From Dicyema japonicum (taxonomy: Eukaryota > Animalia > Dicyemida), in assembly GCA_011109175.1 (NCBI GenBank), contig RDEW01000022.1, positions 291,834-355,833 of the forward strand: a stretch of DNA of 64,000 bases. The letters are read 5' to 3'. The stretch's first letter is position 1. Every line of letters begins with the position of its first letter. Below the pieces are notes generated by a model. That model was not told the origin of the DNA and did not search any database. It worked only from the letters and a program-made list of their open reading frames with translations. Below are positions 61,640 through 64,000 of the stretch, in pieces. The position numbers and the translations under genes were made by a program.

Positions 61640-63110
61640 GACAAACGTATTGGAAGTTATTAGAGATTAAAATGGGCAATTAGAGATTAAAAATTAAGTT
61701 CTCTGTACAATAGACTGCTCCTCGGGGGAATATTGAGGTTTGTTGGTAGAGTAGAAATAATCGATCGAACGTTTGTTACTTCCACCATTGCATTTTATGG
61801 ATCCAAGGGAGGAAGAGATGTCGTTACTAAGGGAAAGCATGTCGCTTATAAAGAGGTTGAAAAGAATGGGTGATAGAGGGGATCCTTGGGGAACTCTATT
61901 CGGCAGAAATTTGGTGACAGAAAATATGAAATAGGAAGCTAAATTTTCAAGAGCTCTTCGTCCGTTGAGGAAGTTAAATTTTCAAGTTGTTTGGAATGTT
62001 AGAGCCATAATCTTCCGGTGAGCAGTTTCCTCGGTATCGAGTCAAAAGCTTTCTGTATGTCAATGGAACACATCATGGTCTTTTGATGCCGAGGTTTGCA
62101 TTGTAGGCTTTCCTTGATGAATTTCGTCAAGCAAGTAAGGTGGGTAGTTGTGGAGCGAGCTTACTTAAATCCACATTGGAAGGATACGTCTGGGAGGTAA
62201 GGTTTAATTTGATCAAGAATGAGTTCTAGGATTTTGGAGGTAGCACATAGGAGGGATATTGGTCTGTACGAAGCTGGTGAGTCCTTCGGCCGTCCAGGTT
62301 TTAAGATAGGTCGAATATGTGATAATTTTCATAAAGTAGGAATGTAATTTTTACATTATGGAGAAGTTGTAAATTCTGGTCAAGGCCAAGATGGTTTAGG
62401 GGCCTATCTTCTTAATTACTATAGAAAGGATTCCATCTGGAACACTTGCGTAAGGTGATTTCTGGTTTTGAATAGCCTTCCGCACGACGTCCATTGAAAG
62501 ATTGTTCATGGTTGCGTCGCGTATTGGTTTTATTGAAGATGTGGGAGGTGGCTCAATTTTCTGGTGAGAGATGAAGCTCACGGAGGAATAAACTTTCATG
62601 ATCTTGTTTAAAAAGTTCTTGTTCTCTAGGTCTTCGCAAGAAGGCGGTCTCATAAAGTTGGTAAAGTCCCGAAGAGTATTCCACATCCTTGTAAGGAAGG
62701 ATTGTTTGTTTAGGGTGTACATGAGTTATTCTTTCCTGTTTCATCTTTCTGATCTCTCTCCAAAGCTCGGATCCTCGCCCTGGTTTCCCAAGATTGATTC
62801 TGTAGGCTTTTTAGGCAATTTCTTACCGCCTTTAATTTGCTAGGCTGGTTGTGTTTGAGAGATCTATGATCAAAGAAATGATATCCATTATACGTTTTTC
62901 CTTTTTTTCTACGATGCTCTTCTTTTAGTAACTTAAAGAAATGTGGATTTATTTTGATATTCAAAAGGATTTACGTCTTTTACCGCTGAGCGAAAGAAAT
63001 GATCTGATTCGATGCCGCAAAGAGTGTCGAACTCAAAGCCGCTATTTTGGGTTGCAGACTGGGAGTTTATTCCCTCTCCTGATAAAACGGTTAATGGATT
63101 AAATCGACGG
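61640..63110 (-). mobile_element. Decayed Ingi/Vingi-like linker plus RT
   Basis: SPYASVPDGI, LKPGRPKDSPASYRPIS, DIQKAFDSIP, VPQGSP. Confidence 0.75.
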
Positions 63111-63565
63111 CTTTGATGTCAACAAATCATGACCTTCAAACCAAAAACATAGTCTTTAATACTAACTTTGAAGGCTTTACTAGATTATCAACAATCGTGT
63201 GATTTCTGGTCTTAACTGAGCAACAACCTCAATATCTTTATGAAAAGAAGTATTCCCTTATCTATATTTAAGTTAAAAACCCCTGGTTCTTTCCAGATAA
63301 CTCTACCTTTCTTTAGAGAGGTAATATGCAAAGGAGAGTTTATGTATCTGATTATATTTCATTTGGTGTCAAAAGCAGTCACTATAACTATCAAACTGAA
63401 GTTTCACCTGGATTTGTCGTAAGAGGCTTATCAACTCACATGGTTATTCGTGTGCTTATATGCTGTTTCTCAATAGTTTCGATTTTCCTTATAATTTAAT
63501 AATGAATTATAGATTGGTTAACCTAATAAAGATAATAATAAATAGTATAATTATATAACAAAATA

Positions 63566-64000
63566 ATGTTGGGTGATAACTCAGGTTGGTTGTGTTATAA
63601 TAAAGATGTCAAAATAATCAGAGGACGTGTAAAGTGGTTTAGTGTTAACAGAGGATTTGGATTTATAGAAAGGTACCATTGAATGTATATAATAGGGCTG
63701 ACAACAATGAGGATGTGTTTGTTCACGTGGTTATCCTAATAATGAGATGATAGAATAGTATAGGAGAGATTGCACAAAATAATACTCGGAGTCTGGAAGA
63801 TGGGGAACTTGTGCAGTTTGAGTTGAGAAAGAGGAATAAAGGAATCGAGGCATTCAATGTGACTGGACAAAACAAAAAAAAGCTTATTGGTAGTTGTTAT
63901 GCTACTCCCAGGAATGATTCGGTTTTTTTTGTTTTATTATTAGAATTTTGACGGATTAAAGTTTTATCCTCGAAGAAGACGAGACCAAAAGCCTAATTAG
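63566..64000 (+). CDS. Y-box-type cold-shock domain protein with four 21-24-nt introns
   Basis: GRVKWFSVNRGFGFIER|ADNNEDVFVHV|NSI..RSLEDGELVQF..GIEAFNVTG..LIGSCYA. The frame closes at TAG at 64000, which could be a stop or a window-edge artefact. Confidence 0.9.

Noticed and set aside
1-64000. CRISPR arrays, rRNA, intact tRNA, prokaryotic operons or an alternative genetic code
   Set aside because: No regular repeat-spacer array or rRNA-like tract. In-frame stops in host genes are explained by micro-introns or indels, not codon reassignment.

Overview
AT-rich eukaryotic (metazoan) genomic DNA. About two-thirds is nested, mostly decayed transposable elements. The rest is a few compact host genes whose spliceosomal introns are only about 21-29 nt: COPE, a Cys-loop acetylcholine receptor alpha subunit, WDR3/UTP12, an LRR protein, a PDZ-C2 (RIM-like) protein, a Y-box cold-shock protein and a repeat-containing orphan. 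Tiny introns plus a lophotrochozoan-type receptor suggest a dicyemid-like parasite (inference). The main candidate system is an Ingi/Vingi-like LINE family with four linked parts: (i) a 5' signature folding with HDV-ribozyme topology, with compensatory base changes across up to 8 copies; (ii) an in-frame viral-type 2A StopGo motif (SGDIEQNPGP) just before the APE domain; (iii) a covarying 3' stem-loop enclosing a three-frame stop cassette; (iv) a ~310-nt non-coding partner element built from the same 5' and 3' modules, analogous to trypanosome RIME/NARTc/SIDER. A second highlight is an apparently intact Ginger-type integrase DNA transposon with 41-bp TIRs, a 5-bp TSD and seven 23-29-nt introns. 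RTE, BovB-like, CRE, R4/Dong, CR1/L2-group, Helitron, hAT and pogo remnants are also present. All calls come from manual reading and remembered family motifs; no database searches or folding programs were run. Boundaries of decayed elements are approximate.
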